Shown here: one piece after another, positions 1 through 11,609 of the stretch
Numbering within the stretch: the stretch's first letter is position 1
Layout of the letters: each line of letters begins with the position of its first letter
Assembly: GCA_024137785.1 (NCBI GenBank)
Contig: JAHRHZ010000166.1
Location: forward strand, 1,287,872-1,343,916
DNA length: 56,045 bases
DNA from: Ginglymostoma cirratum
Lineage: Eukaryota
Direction of reading: 5' to 3'
Made by a program: the position numbers and the translations under genes
The notes under the pieces: model-generated
Told to the model about the DNA's origin: nothing
The model's database searches: none
What the model saw: the letters and a program-made list of their open reading frames with translations, nothing else

Positions 1-226
1 ATTATTTGGTTAAGTTTCTCAATGGTTAATACAAATTCTTCTTTATTCTGTATGTATTTTAACTATAGTGTTTAAACAAGTTATATTTTGCTGAACGTCA
101 GTAGCTTAACCAGTCGCATTGCATCTGGAACACAAAAATTCTCATCTAACTTTTAAATAATAAGAAAAAAAGGCTCTAGGCTCTCTTGTTAAAATATATC
201 AAGGGGGTCTGGTCTGGTCCATAACA
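1..226 (+). mobile_element. 3' part of the 5' LTR of a Gypsy-type LTR retrotransposon
   Basis: Ends ...GGTCTGGTCCATAACA and aligns by eye, with divergence, to the end of the LTR at 1825-2454 (...TCTGGTCTGATCCATAACA). Confidence 0.75.
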
Positions 227-299
227 CCAAGTTAAGAGCATTCTGAATTGAGCATTCTTCAAATTAAATTGGTCAATGAGGATGTTCTGAGAAATTGGG

Positions 300-1640
300 A
301 TAAATTTTGAGCTACCTTCCAAAGGAAATTCGAAATGACCTGAAAGAGTTAATACTATTGCATGAGATGTCTGGGAATAAGGTGGGAATTACTAATCTAA
401 TTATGCATGATGCAGTTTAGGAAATGCTGTTCTAAATAAACAACATCCTTGTAGACCTAACCCTCTGAAGTTGGCACAGGTTCAAAAAGAGGTTGAACGC
501 CTGCTCAAAGACAAAATAATCAAAGTGAATTAGAGAGACTGGAGCTCACCCACACTAATCGTGCTAAAACCAGATGGTAGCCAATGATTATGTGTGAACA
601 ATCACAAACTCAATGTAGTTCCAAAGTCTGATTCATATCCTATTCCACATTCAGAAGACTGTATTGAGAAGATAGGACAAGCAGTTATGGTTCTAAGTGG
701 GCATACCTAGATGATAATGAAATGAACTTTTATCTGAAAGAATGATATTGGCTATGTCAATTTAAAGTCATGCCATTTAGTATGAAAAATGGACTGGCAT
801 ATTTCAAAGACTAACCAAGAAAGTCATTCTGGATGACCAATTGTGTGACACACATCGCCGACATGGTGACTGCTAAGCATTTGGGTTGTCTATTGGAATT
901 GTTTGATCAACTATGGAAAGCAGGCCAGGCATGATCAACCTGGCTAAGAGTAATTTTGCAAAAAAACCAAGTCACGTTGCTGGGCCATGTTATTGGACAT
1001 GGACAGATGGCCCCACAGAATGTAGAAACAAAGTTTTCTGGGGAGTTTTCCATACCATCGTCAAAGAGGGAAGCACTAAAATTCCTGAGATTGAGTGGGA
1101 TTTATATGAAGTTCATACGATAATTTAGCAGTGTGGTTAGCCCCTTGACAAATTTACTGAAGAAGTGTGGAAAATTTCAGTGGACAGCGGACTGGCAGAA
1201 GGCATTTGACAGCCTGAAAACTGTGTTAACCAGTGCCCTAGAATTATCCACATCTAATTGTAGAAAACTTTTTGGGGTGGCTATCTATGCGAGCGACGTA
1301 GGTATTGGTGCTGCGCTCTTACTACAAGATGATGAGAAGATAGAAAGACCTATTGGGCATTATTCCAGCAAATTGAATACTCAACAGAAATATTCCATGA
1401 TAGAGAATGAAGCCTTGACTCTGATATTTGTGTTGTAACATTTCAACATTTACATTGCCAGTAATTCGCCTGAGACAATTATATGTACTGACATAATCCA
1501 TTAAAGTTTTAGAGAAAATTAAGAGAAAAAATTCCACACTGTTTAGATGGAGCTTATTATTGCAGCCATTCAATTTGAAAATTATATACACGGCAGTACG
1601 AGCAAACATAATTGACAATGGATTGTTATGAATTTGATGA
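300..1640 (+). pseudogene. Degenerate Gypsy pol remnant (RT and RNase H), no integrase downstream
   Basis: ORF 1133-1438 (SPLTNLLKK..FQWTADWQKAFDSLK..YASDVGIGAALLLQ..RPIGHYSSKLN..YSMIENEAL) matches the RT-connection/RNase H pattern, followed by TD-NPL and LFRWSLLLQPFNL motifs; many stops and frameshifts. Confidence 0.85.
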
Positions 1641-1811
1641 AGAAAAATGGAGGCAAGAAAAATGGGAGTAGATGGACTGACATAGACTGTAGTCGTGAAT
1701 ATTTGAATCCTAAGAGTCAATGTAATGTAGGAAGTATTGTAGTGTACTAATAGCGTTAGACCAAGGATTTTAAAAATGAAGCCAAACTTGTATATTGATG
1801 GTTCATTCTTT

Positions 1812-1824
1812 TTAAGGGGGGACG
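1812..1824 (+). other. Polypurine tract before the 3' LTR
   Basis: TTAAGGGGGGACG immediately before the TG that starts the LTR. Confidence 0.6.
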
Positions 1825-2454
1825 TGTGGCGATATTGTGACTTTAATAACTTATTTTATCTTTTTTTTAAGAGAGATTGTAAGACAGAGGCGAAGAGAAG
1901 TCTACAAGAACTAAAAGAGTAACCAGTTTAGGAGGCCTTCTTTCTAAAAAGAAAGAAGCCTGAATGCATGTGGTCAGCTATCACAGATCCAGATTTCTGG
2001 TTTCTGTTTATTTTTCAGCAGAATACGAAGATATTAAGATCTCAAAAGAGTTTGAAGCTTCAGTGAATGTCTCCTAGGTGCTAACCTCTCTGAATTTCCT
2101 CTTGATTTGTTTTCCCCCTAGATTGAAGAACTGCACGGAAAAACCTATGTCTGAATTTGCCTTTTTGCCAGAGGGTGTGTTTATGGGATGTTGCTGTATT
2201 GAAACAGTTAATTAGTAATAGTTACTGTATCTCTTCTTCAATTAAGTGTTCCAAAAGTTAACTTGTTCTAAACCCCTCATTATTTTGTTTGCATTTTAAC
2301 TAGTGTTTGAATAAAATGTGTCTCACATAACTTCGATTAGTTTGACCAGTCACAGCACACGTGGAACATGGCACTTGACATCTTCATGTGAAATAAGAAA
2401 ATGTCAAGCTATCTTCTTAGACAATCTTGAGGGAGTCTGGTCTGATCCATAACA
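1825..2454 (+). mobile_element. 3' LTR (TG...CA) of the Gypsy element
   Basis: Starts TG after the polypurine tract, ends CATAACA, contains AATAAA; similar to 1-226, 22271-22755 and the reverse complement of 28536-29186. Confidence 0.75.
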
Positions 2455-2529
2455 CATGTCAGTAATTTGCCATCCATTCTGTGGGATTCTTCCTTAGTTA
2501 ATTTCCTTCTCTGATGTTAGAATTGATCA

Positions 2530-3312
2530 AATGCCTTAATCCGTGGAAGTGCATGGTAAAATAGGGCAAAATCAGTGCGGCTTCATCAAGGGGAGGTCAT
2601 GCCTGACAAATCTGTTCAAATTCTTTGAGGAAATAATGAGCAAGTCAGACCGAGAGCCAATAGATGTCATCTACCTGGGCTTCAAGAAGGGCTTTGACAT
2701 GATCCCACACAGGAGGCTGCTGAGTAAGATGTAAAAGTAAGGACCCATGGTGTTAGAGGCAAGGCATTAGCATGGATAGAAGTTTGGCTGACTGGCAGAA
2801 TGCAGAGAGTGGGGTTAAAAAGATCTTTCTCAGGATGGCAGCCAGTGACATGTGGTGTTCCACAAGGTTCAGTGTTGGGACCACAGCTTTTCACTTCATA
2901 TATTAATGATCTAGATAAAGGAACTGAGTGCATTCTGGCTACGTTTGCAGGAGATACAAATACAGGTAGCGGGACAGACTTGTATTGAAGAGGTCGGGAG
3001 GCTGCAGTGGGATTTGGGCAGGTTAGGAGAGTGGGCAAATAAGTGGGAGATGGAGTACCATGTAGGAAAATATGAGGTCATGCACTTTCGTAAGACAAAT
3101 AGAGGTATGGGCTATTTTCCAAATGAGGAGAAGTCTGAAATGCAAAGAGACTTGGGTGTTCTAGTCCAGGATTTTCTCAGAGTAAACTTGTCGGTTGAGT
3201 CAGTAGTTAGGAAGACAAATGCAACTTTGGCATTTATTTTGCGAGGACTTGAATATAAAAGCAGGGATGTACTTCTGAGGCTCTACAAGGCTCTGGTCAG
3301 GCCACATATGGA
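2530..3312 (+). mobile_element. CR1-clade LINE ORF2 (RT) fragment
   Basis: ORFs give [38 protein letters not shown] and LYKALVRPH; frameshifted. Confidence 0.9.
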
Positions 3313-3464
3313 GTTTTTTTTTACAAGTGTGCATGTGAATTGTAGGTGTTGACTGAATGAGAGATGGTACTTCTGTACAAGTATGACTAAGAGAGACTGT
3401 GTTAGTACACAAGAGAGTATGAGTGTGTTTGTGGGAAACAATGTTATATTGTGTGGAGTGAAAG

Positions 3465-3467
<3 letters not shown>

Positions 3468-3502
<35 letters not shown>
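3468..3502. repeat. (TG)n microsatellite
   Basis: Read directly. Confidence 0.95.
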
Positions 3503-3504
<2 letters not shown>

Positions 3505-4178
3505 AGAGAGAGCGAGAGAGGCTGTACATGCTGGAAGTGACAAGGCAGTCAAATATCTAGTTCCTCCCAAAAATATTTACTTGGAAAGTAGGCCGGGGGG
3601 AAGAGGATTGTTCAATCAACTTGCTTCTAATCCCAACGTTGAATGAATTCTGCAAATCCCATCTCAAAATTATCAAACACCAGACATGAAAACAACATCA
3701 GTCCTGGAAAAGAAAAAGTGCAATCCCCTTGTGACCGTAAGCAATCCTGTCATTATTTCATGTTTATTGTTATTCTGTCAGTAGTTATTAACTTCTGTTC
3801 TCTGTTTTTCTTGTTAAGCACAATGTCCTGGAAACAGGAACCTTAAGATTATTGTGTTGTTGGTTGGGAGAATCATTTCCACTTTTTCTTTCTTGTTCAC
3901 ACATCAGCCTATCAACGGTAAAGGGATTTTAGATTGTGTTATAAAATGCATTGCGATTTGCTAAAAAGTAAAGTTGCCACAGCCCTAACAGGCGAAGATG
4001 AAATATTCTTGTGATTTAAACTGAGGTTCGCAATTCCTCAGGTGAGAGAAAGTGTTGAGAAGGGAAACCTTCATGGTATCGTCAGCCAATGTGGGAGTTA
4101 AACGCCCTCTGTTGGCATTATTGTGAATTGCAAAGCAGCCGTCCGGCCACTAACATAAATGAGTTTACAAAATTCGAA

Positions 4179-4386
4179 GGTAATAGGTACTGCAGATGCT
4201 GGAGAATCCGAGATAACAAGGTGTGGAGCTGGATGAACACAGCAGGCCAAGCAGCATCATAGGAGCAGGAAAGCTTGATGTTTCGGGCCTAGACCCTTCG
4301 TCAGTCTAGACCCAAAACGTCAAGCTTTCCTGCTTTTATGATGCTGCTTGGCCTGCTGCGTTCATCCAGCTCCACACCTTATTATC
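4179..4386. mobile_element. Short palindromic insertion made of two inverted Penelope-like terminal repeats, 14-bp TSD
   Basis: GATAACAAGGTGTGGAGCTGGATGAACACAGCAGGCC... and its reverse complement; TTACAAAATTCGAA at 4165-4178 and 4387-4400. Confidence 0.8.
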
Positions 4387-4815
4387 TTACAAAATTCGAA
4401 AGCGGCTCAGTAAGACTAGAGCAGTGTGCACAGCTTAAATTGTTTGCCAAATGAAGACTGTTAGTGCCTTAACTTTTTTACCAAATCGAATCACGGGACA
4501 GAACTCTGGGAAAGCAAAATTATCCTATGACAATATAGTCACTTGAATGGACTTATCTTCCTGTTGAGCTAAAACAATGAAACAAGGTATCCTTGAAACA
4601 TGCACAGTTCTGAAGAAGCTAATCATTGTTATGCTAGGAGGATGTTTCCCCAGATGGGGAAGCTAAGACAATAAAACATCAAAAACTGAGATAAAGGGCC
4701 TATTTATTGGCTTCAGAGATAAAAGGTACTGCAGATGCTGGAGAATCCGAGATAACAAGGTGTGGGGCTGGATGAACACAGCAGGCCAAGCAGCATCATA
4801 GGAGCAGGAAAGCTT

Positions 4816-4843
4816 GACGTTTCGGGCCTAGACCCTTCATCAG
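4816..4843 (-). ncRNA. Minimal hammerhead ribozyme-like core
   Basis: Minus strand reads CTGATGA-AGGGTCTAGGCCC-GAAAC-GTC: core boxes, a stem II hairpin and a GUC triplet. Confidence 0.6.
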
Positions 4844-4997
4844 AAAATCAGAAACCATTTTGAAGGTCCGAAACGTCAAGCTCTAGTCTTAATGAGCCGC
4901 TTTCGAATTTTGTAAGATAACAAGGTGTGGAGCTGGATGAACACAGCAGGCCAAGCAGCATCATAGGAGCAGGAAAGCTTGACGTTTTGGGCCTAGA

Positions 4998-5025
4998 CTG
5001 ATGAAGGGTCGAGGCCCGAAACGTC
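4998..5025 (+). ncRNA. Minimal hammerhead ribozyme-like core
   Basis: CTGATGA-AGGGTCGAGGCCC-GAAAC-GTC. Confidence 0.6.
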
Positions 5026-5589
5026 AAGCTTTCCTGCTCCTATCATGCTGCTTGGCCTGCTGTGTTCATCCAGCCCCACACCTTGTTATCTCTATTTCTT
5101 GGCTTGGTTTTGCGGATAGATGGGATTCTGCACATCAGAGGTTGGGATCTTAGCCATTCAATTATATGTTAAGTGCCATTTAGTTATCTGTACAGAGGGA
5201 ATTATTAAAACTTTGGTAATGTCTTTGTTTGAAATATCTCAATAAATAGCATACCTATTCCTATTCTTCAGAAATGCATTCATCTCGTAATTGTAAAAGG
5301 AGTCAGGCAAAAGAGAGGTTTGAAAATCAGCATGAGAACGTTAAACCCTAGATATTGTTAAATAAACTAGTTCAACAGATTCAAGAACAGCTTCTTCTGG
5401 CAGTTATCACACTTATGAACGGACTTCTCACATATTAAATTTGATCATTCTCTACACCTTCTCTGTAGCTGCAACACTAAAGTCTGCATTCTGTGCTAGT
5501 ACCCTGATGTAATTCTGTAAGGTGTGATTTATGTGGAACAAAACAAATGTCTCCAGTGTGCAAAAATAAATGCATCCTTGCACCCTGCT

Positions 5590-6410
5590 TCTCGTAAAGA
5601 CGTCATAACATTCTCTCTGTTCCTCTGTCTCCATCCCATATGTTCCAATGAGGCTGACTTTGACAAGGGACCCTCCGAAATATCCATGTCTTGCTCAACG
5701 AAACATTCCCTAGCACCATTGCCAGCAGGGCCCTCAGCCGGGTCTGACCCATCTCATGCATTTCTGTCCTCAGTCCGTCTCTTCCCTCCTGCAACAGCAA
5801 TAAGGGTCCCCTTGTCCTTACATACAACCCCACCAGCATCTATATCCAGAAGATCATCAGCCATTGTTTCCACCACCTCCAGCAAGATGCCAGCACAAGA
5901 CATATATTCCCCTCCGTTCCCTTGTCCATCTTCCGCAGGGACATTTCTTTTATAGACATCCTGGTCTACTCTTGTTTCACTTCCAACACCACCCCACCCC
6001 CACCCCCAACAGCCCCATGGCACCTTCCCCTGCAACTGCTGAAGGTGTAACACCTGTCTGTTTACCTCCTCCCTCCCTAGCACCCCAGGACCGAAACACA
6101 CTTTATCTGCACTTCCCACACTCGACTCTACTGTGGTCTTTTCTACACTGGTGAAATGTAGTATAGACTGGATGATTGTTTTGCAGAACGTCTATGTTCT
6201 GCCTGCAAAAAAAGGAGGCTGAACTTCCAGTTGCCTGCCACTTTGATACATTACCCTGTTCTGGCCAACATCTCTGTCTCACAAAGCTCAGTGTAAACTG
6301 GAAGAACAACACCTCATTTACCACTTGGGGACGCTGCAGTGCTCTGGGTTCAATATTGAGCTTAATAATTTTAGGCTCTGAACGTTCCCATGTCCTACCT
6401 CCCTTCCCCA
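5590..6410 (+). mobile_element. Degenerate Penelope-like element fragment (RT end and GIY-YIG region)
   Basis: RVPLSL-HTTP, PVACHF and related motifs resemble the better preserved copies at 39544-39915 and 40815-41603. Confidence 0.7.
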
Positions 6411-6420
6411 CAGGTCTTAT

Positions 6421-6730
6421 ATAGGATCACTACAGCGTGGAAACAAGCCATTAGGTCTAATAAGTCCACACCGACTCTCTGAAGAGCATTCCACCCACAC
6501 CCCCACCTTATCCCTGCTTATCCCATGCCCAAAGCACATCCCTGAACACTATGACAATTCCACTTAACTTGCACGTCTTTGATTGTGGGAGGAAACCATA
6601 GTATCTTGTGGAAAAAAGCGCAGATGTATAGAGAAACTGCCACACACAGAGTCACCTGAGTTTGGAATTGAACCGGGGTCACAGGCGCTGTGAGGCAGGA
6701 GTGCTAACTACTGAGACACCATGCTGCCCT
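6421..6730 (-). mobile_element. tRNA-derived SINE (HE1/V-SINE-like)
   Basis: Minus-strand head GGGCAGCATGGTGTCTCAGTAGTTAGCAC...GGTTCAATTCC (A/B boxes), central GGTTTCCTCCCACAATCAAAGACGTGC, and a LINE-like tail. Confidence 0.75.
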
Positions 6731-6829
6731 TGCTATCCCATAGCCTGCTATTATACGCTACCTACTGTTAGCTGCTAACAGTCTGAATTAACGGCTAGTC
6801 ACCCTCCTAGCCGGATCATTATCAACTCA

Positions 6830-8975
6830 GAGTCATAGAGTCCTACAGCATGGAAATAGCCACTTTGGCCCAAACTGGTTCCTGTCGACCAAAATATCCA
6901 TCTAAACTAAGCTGATTTCCTTGCACTTGGCCCATATCCTTCTAAACCTTTCCTGTTCATGTATTTGTCCAAATGTCGTTAATATAGCCACCTCAACTTG
7001 AAATCATAGAATACAGTATGGAAACAGGCCATTTGGCCCAACAAGTCCACACTGACCCTTAGGCTTTCCTACCCAAACCCATCCCCAGACATTATGGGTA
7101 ATTTAACATGGTCAATACACCTAGCCTGCACGTCTTTTGATTGTGGGAGGAAACCCATGCAGACACGGGAAGGATGTGCAAACTCCACACAGACAGTTGC
7201 CCAAGGGTGGAATCGAACCCAGGTCCCTGGCTCTCTGAGACAGCAATGATAACCACTGAGCCACTGTGCCACATCCACCCCAACCCCATTCCGCTGACAG
7301 CTCATTCCATATGCATACCACCCTATGCGTAAAAAAGTTGCCCCTCAGGTTCCCATGTATTCTATCCCCTCTTACCTTAAAATGATGTCCTCTATTCCTC
7401 ACTTCCCCAACCCTGGGATAAAGACTGAGTGCATTTCACTTTATCCATGCCTCTTATGATCTTAATCACTTCTATAAGATCCCCACTATGTCTCCTACCC
7501 GCTAAAGAAAAATGTCCTAGCTTGTCCAACATTTCTCTATAATTCTGTCCTTGAGTCCTGACAAAATTCTTGTAAATTTCTTCTGCACTCTTTCCGGTTT
7601 AATAGCATCCTTCCTATAGCAAGGTGATCAAAATTGAACACAATACTCCAAGTGTGGCCTTACCAACTTCAAGTATAACTGCATCAAAACTTCTCAACTT
7701 CTATACTCGATATCCTGACTGATAAAGGCCAGCGTGCCAAAAGCTTCCTTTACTGCCCTGTCTACTTGTGACTCCACTTTCAGAGAACCATGCACCTGAA
7801 CTCCAAGTTCCCTCTCTTACACTACACTCCTTAAGGCCCAACCATTTACCATGAAACTCCTACTTGGATTTGACTTTCCAAAATGCATCACCTCACAGTA
7901 ATCTATATTTAACTTCATTTGTCATTTCTCGACCCAATTCCCCAACTGATCAAGATCCTGCTGCAATTTCTAATAACTCTCCTCACTGTCCACGTTGCAG
8001 CCTATTTTAGTGTCATCACAAACTAATCATGCCTTGTACATTCTCATCCAAATCATTGATATAGATAACAAATAACAATGCGCTCAGCACTGACCCCTGT
8101 AGCACACCACTAGTCACAAGCCTCCAGTCATACAAGCATTCTTCCAGTATTACCCTCCGCTTCCTACCATCAATCTAATTGTGTGTCCAATTTGCCAGGT
8201 CTCCTTGGATTCCATGTGATCTAACCTTCCAGAGCAGCCTACCATGTGGAACCTTGCTGAAATCCATATGGACTACATCTACTGCCCTGCTCTCATCAAC
8301 CTTCATCAAAGAAATCTAGCAAATTTTTGAGGCATGATCTCCCACGCACAAAGCCATGCTGACTACTCCGAATCAAACCCTATCTTTCCAAATGCACACA
8401 TGTCTTATTTCTCAGAATCTTCTCATGTAACTTACCTACCACAGATGTCAAGCTTATTGGTCTATAATTCTGAGGTTTTTCTTTGCAACCCTTCTTGTAA
8501 AACGGCACAACATTCACTACCCTCCAGTCTTCTGGGACTTTAAACAAGGCTAACGATGATGCAAATATATCAGCCATGGCCACACAATTTCTTCTCTCGT
8601 GTCTTGCAGGGTTCTTAGATATATCTGGTCAGCATGCACCTTCATGCATTCTAATACTTCCAACACATCCCGTACTGTGATATGGGCTGTCCCCAATATA
8701 GCACCACTAACTTACACAAGTTCCCAAGTCTTCATGTCTTTTTCCATGGTGAACACAGAGGAGAAGTATTCTTTGAGGATCTCGCCCATTTCTTGCGGTT
8801 CAAAACGTGCATGTTCTCTTTGGCCCTTGAGGGGTCTCTGTAATTATTCTTTTCTCTTCAACATACTGAAAGTATCTCTTTGGATTCACCCTAATCTTCT
8901 CAGCCAAAGCTATTACATGCCCCCTTTTTTTCCTCCTGATTTTCTTCTGCAGTAAATTCCTGTCTATCCTCTATA
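6830..8975 (-). mobile_element. CR1/HER1-like LINE, 3' half (continues at 10290-11380)
   Basis: ORFs VPEDWRVVNVVPFYKKG..NYRPISLTSVVGKL and RGHHFKVRG..FFTHRVV..WNEL. Confidence 0.85.
7009..7270 (-). mobile_element. tRNA-derived SINE (HE1/V-SINE-like) inserted in a CR1 3' end
   Basis: GGCACAGTGGCTCAGTGGTTATCATTGCTG...GGTTCGATTCC; same body as 6421-6730. Confidence 0.8.
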
Positions 8976-10289
8976 TAGAGCATAGAACTGTACAGCACAT
9001 TACAGACCCTTCGTCTCACGATGTTGTGCTGACCTATTATCCTACTAAGATCAAACTACTCTGCATACTACATTATACAATCATCCATGTGCCTATCCAA
9101 GAGTCGCTTAAAAGTCTCTAAAACATCTGACTCCACTACAACTGCCGGCAGCGCATTCCAAATGTCCACCACTCTCTGTGTAAAGAACCTACCTCTGACA
9201 TTTTCCCTATACCTTCCTCCAATCACCTAAAAATTATGCCCCTTCGTAACAGTCATCTCCACCCTGGGAAAAGGCCTCTGGCTATCCACTCTATCTATGC
9301 CTCTCATCACCTTGTACACCTCTATCAAGTCACCTCCCACGTTTCTTCGCTCCAATGAAAAAAGCCCTAGCTCCCTCGAACTTTCCACATAAGACCTGCC
9401 CACCAGTCCAAGCAGCATCCTGGTGAATTTCCTCTGCATCCTCTCTAAAGCTTCCACATTTTTCCTATAATGAGGCGACCAGAACTGAACGTAATATTCC
9501 AAGTGTGGTCTAACCAAGGTTTTATAGAGCTGTAGCATAACCTCGAGGCTCATAAACTCAATTCCCCTGTCAATGAAAGCCAACACATCATACGCCTTCT
9601 TTACAACCCGATCAACTTGGGTGGCAACTTTGAGGAATCTATTGATGTGGACCCCAAGACCCCTCTGTTCCTCCACAATGCCAAGAATCCTGACATTAAC
9701 CCTGTATTCTGCATTCAAATTCGACCTTCCAAACTTCATACTTTTCTGGGTTGAATTCCATCTGCCACTTCTTTGCCCAGCTCTCCAAACTGTCAATGTC
9801 CCATTGCAACCTACAACATCTCTCCACGCTGTCCACAACTCCACCAACCTTCGTATCATCAGCAAATTTACTAGCCCACCCTTCCACTTCCTCATTCAAG
9901 TCATTTATCAAAGAGCAGAGGTCCCAGAACAGATCCCTGCGGAACGCCACTGGTCACCGAACTCCAGGCTGAATACATTCCATTTACTACTACCCTCTGT
10001 CTTCTATTGGACAGCTAGTTTTGTATCTATAAGGCCAAATTTCCCTGAATCCCATGTCTCCGTACTTTCTGAATGAGCCTACCATGAAGAAACTTATCAA
10101 ATGCCTTGCTAAAATCCTTATACACCACATCCACTGCTCTATCTTTACCAATGTGCTTTGTCACATCAACGAATACAATAAGGCTTGTGAGGCATGACCA
10201 GCCCCTCACAAAGCCTTGCTGACTATTTATAATCAAACTGTGCTTTCCCAAATAATCGTAAATACTATCTCTCAGAATCCTCTCCAAAT
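8976..10289 (-). mobile_element. Younger 5'-truncated CR1 LINE nested inside the preceding CR1
   Basis: ORFs 9227-9895, 9696-9950 and 10027-10287 (SKFADDTKVGG, LYKTLVRPHLEY, QQGFVRGWSCLTSL); has its own 3' tail near 8976. Confidence 0.85.
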
Positions 10290-11380
10290 ATCTCTAGTGA
10301 TTCCCTTGATCCCAGCTGCCTGCTCCTGAACCATGCCTCCTTTTTTCTGGTCAAAGCCTCAATATTTCTTGTCATCCAGGGTTCCCTACTCCTGCCAACA
10401 TTGCCCTTCACCCTCACAGGAACATAAAGTTCTTGAACTCTAGCTGTCATATTTTTTAAAGGTCTCCCACTTGCCAGAGGTCCCTTTACCTGCAAAAAAA
10501 CTACTCAAATAAGCCCCTGCAAGTTCCTGTCTAATTCCATCAAAATTCAGCTTTCCCTCAATTTAGAACTTGAACCTGTGGACCAGTTTTGTCTTTATCC
10601 ATAACTATTTTAAAATTAATATAACTATGGCCACTGATCCCGAAGTGCTCCCCCACTGACACCTCAGTCACCTGTCCCAAGAGTAGGTCGGGTTTTGCCC
10701 CTTCACGAGTAGGACACTGCTTAAGGAGACTTTCCTGAACACATTTAACAAATTCCACCCCAGGTAAGCCTTTAACACTATAGCCGTCCCAATCTATGTT
10801 CCTAAAATTAAAATACCCCACTGTGACAACCCTATTGCTCCTGCAAGTCTCCCCACTCTCCCTGCATATTTGTTCCTCTAATTTATGTTGACTATTTTGG
10901 GGGCCTATAGTACAACACCAATAATGTCACCATCCCCTTCTTATTTGTTGTCTCCACCCACGAAGACTCACTGGATGATTCCTCAGTTGTTTCATATCTG
11001 ACTACTGTTGTGATAGTCCTCTTAATCAAAAATGCAACTACCTCTCCCCTCTTCCCTCCACCTCTGTCCCGCCTAAAGCATCTGTACCCTGGCACATTAG
11101 GCTGCCAGTCCTGCTCCTCCCTTACCCATGTTTCTGAAATGGCTATAACATCCCAGTCCCATGTACCGAACCATGCCCTGAGTTCATTGGCCCTACCTGT
11201 CAGCCCTCGTGCATTGAAATAGATGCAATTTAATCCAACAGGCATTCCTCACTCCCTGTCATGTTCCATCCTGACCTGTCTCTTCAACTTGCTATTTCTG
11301 ATTATTGTATCTCCTCCCAGCCTCGCACTTGCCTTTCTGTTTAGGATCACACCTCCCTGCCAATGTAGTTTAAACCATCC
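10290..11380 (-). mobile_element. CR1 LINE 5' part with APE endonuclease remnant
   Basis: CIYFNARGL..DVIAISETW..YYRPP and MGYFNFRNIDW..SGH motifs. Confidence 0.85.
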
Positions 11381-11609
11381 CTAAACTCCTTTGTCTGACT
11401 AACTATTCTCTCTTTTGGCTCTATCGGCACCTATCATTTACACTTTACTCCCTCTCCCCACCCTATCTTCTCCATATACAAGACACTTTCCTAGCTTCCA
11501 TCAGTTATGAGGATGCTTGCAGACTTCCTGAGCTTTTCCAGCAACTTCTGTTTTTGTTTAATATTTGTTTTGTTTCTTGGTACATGTAACAATAATAACT
11601 CAAATCAAA

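Larger units (their letters stand above)
4714..5091. mobile_element. Second palindromic Penelope-terminus insertion, containing an inverted copy of 4211-4422
   Basis: Same terminal repeat; flanks CTATTTATTGGCTT (4700-4713) and CTATTTCTTGGCTT (5092-5105). Confidence 0.75.

Noticed and set aside
6421-7270. tRNA genes
   Set aside because: A/B-box heads continue into SINE bodies and LINE-like tails, with no complete cloverleaf.
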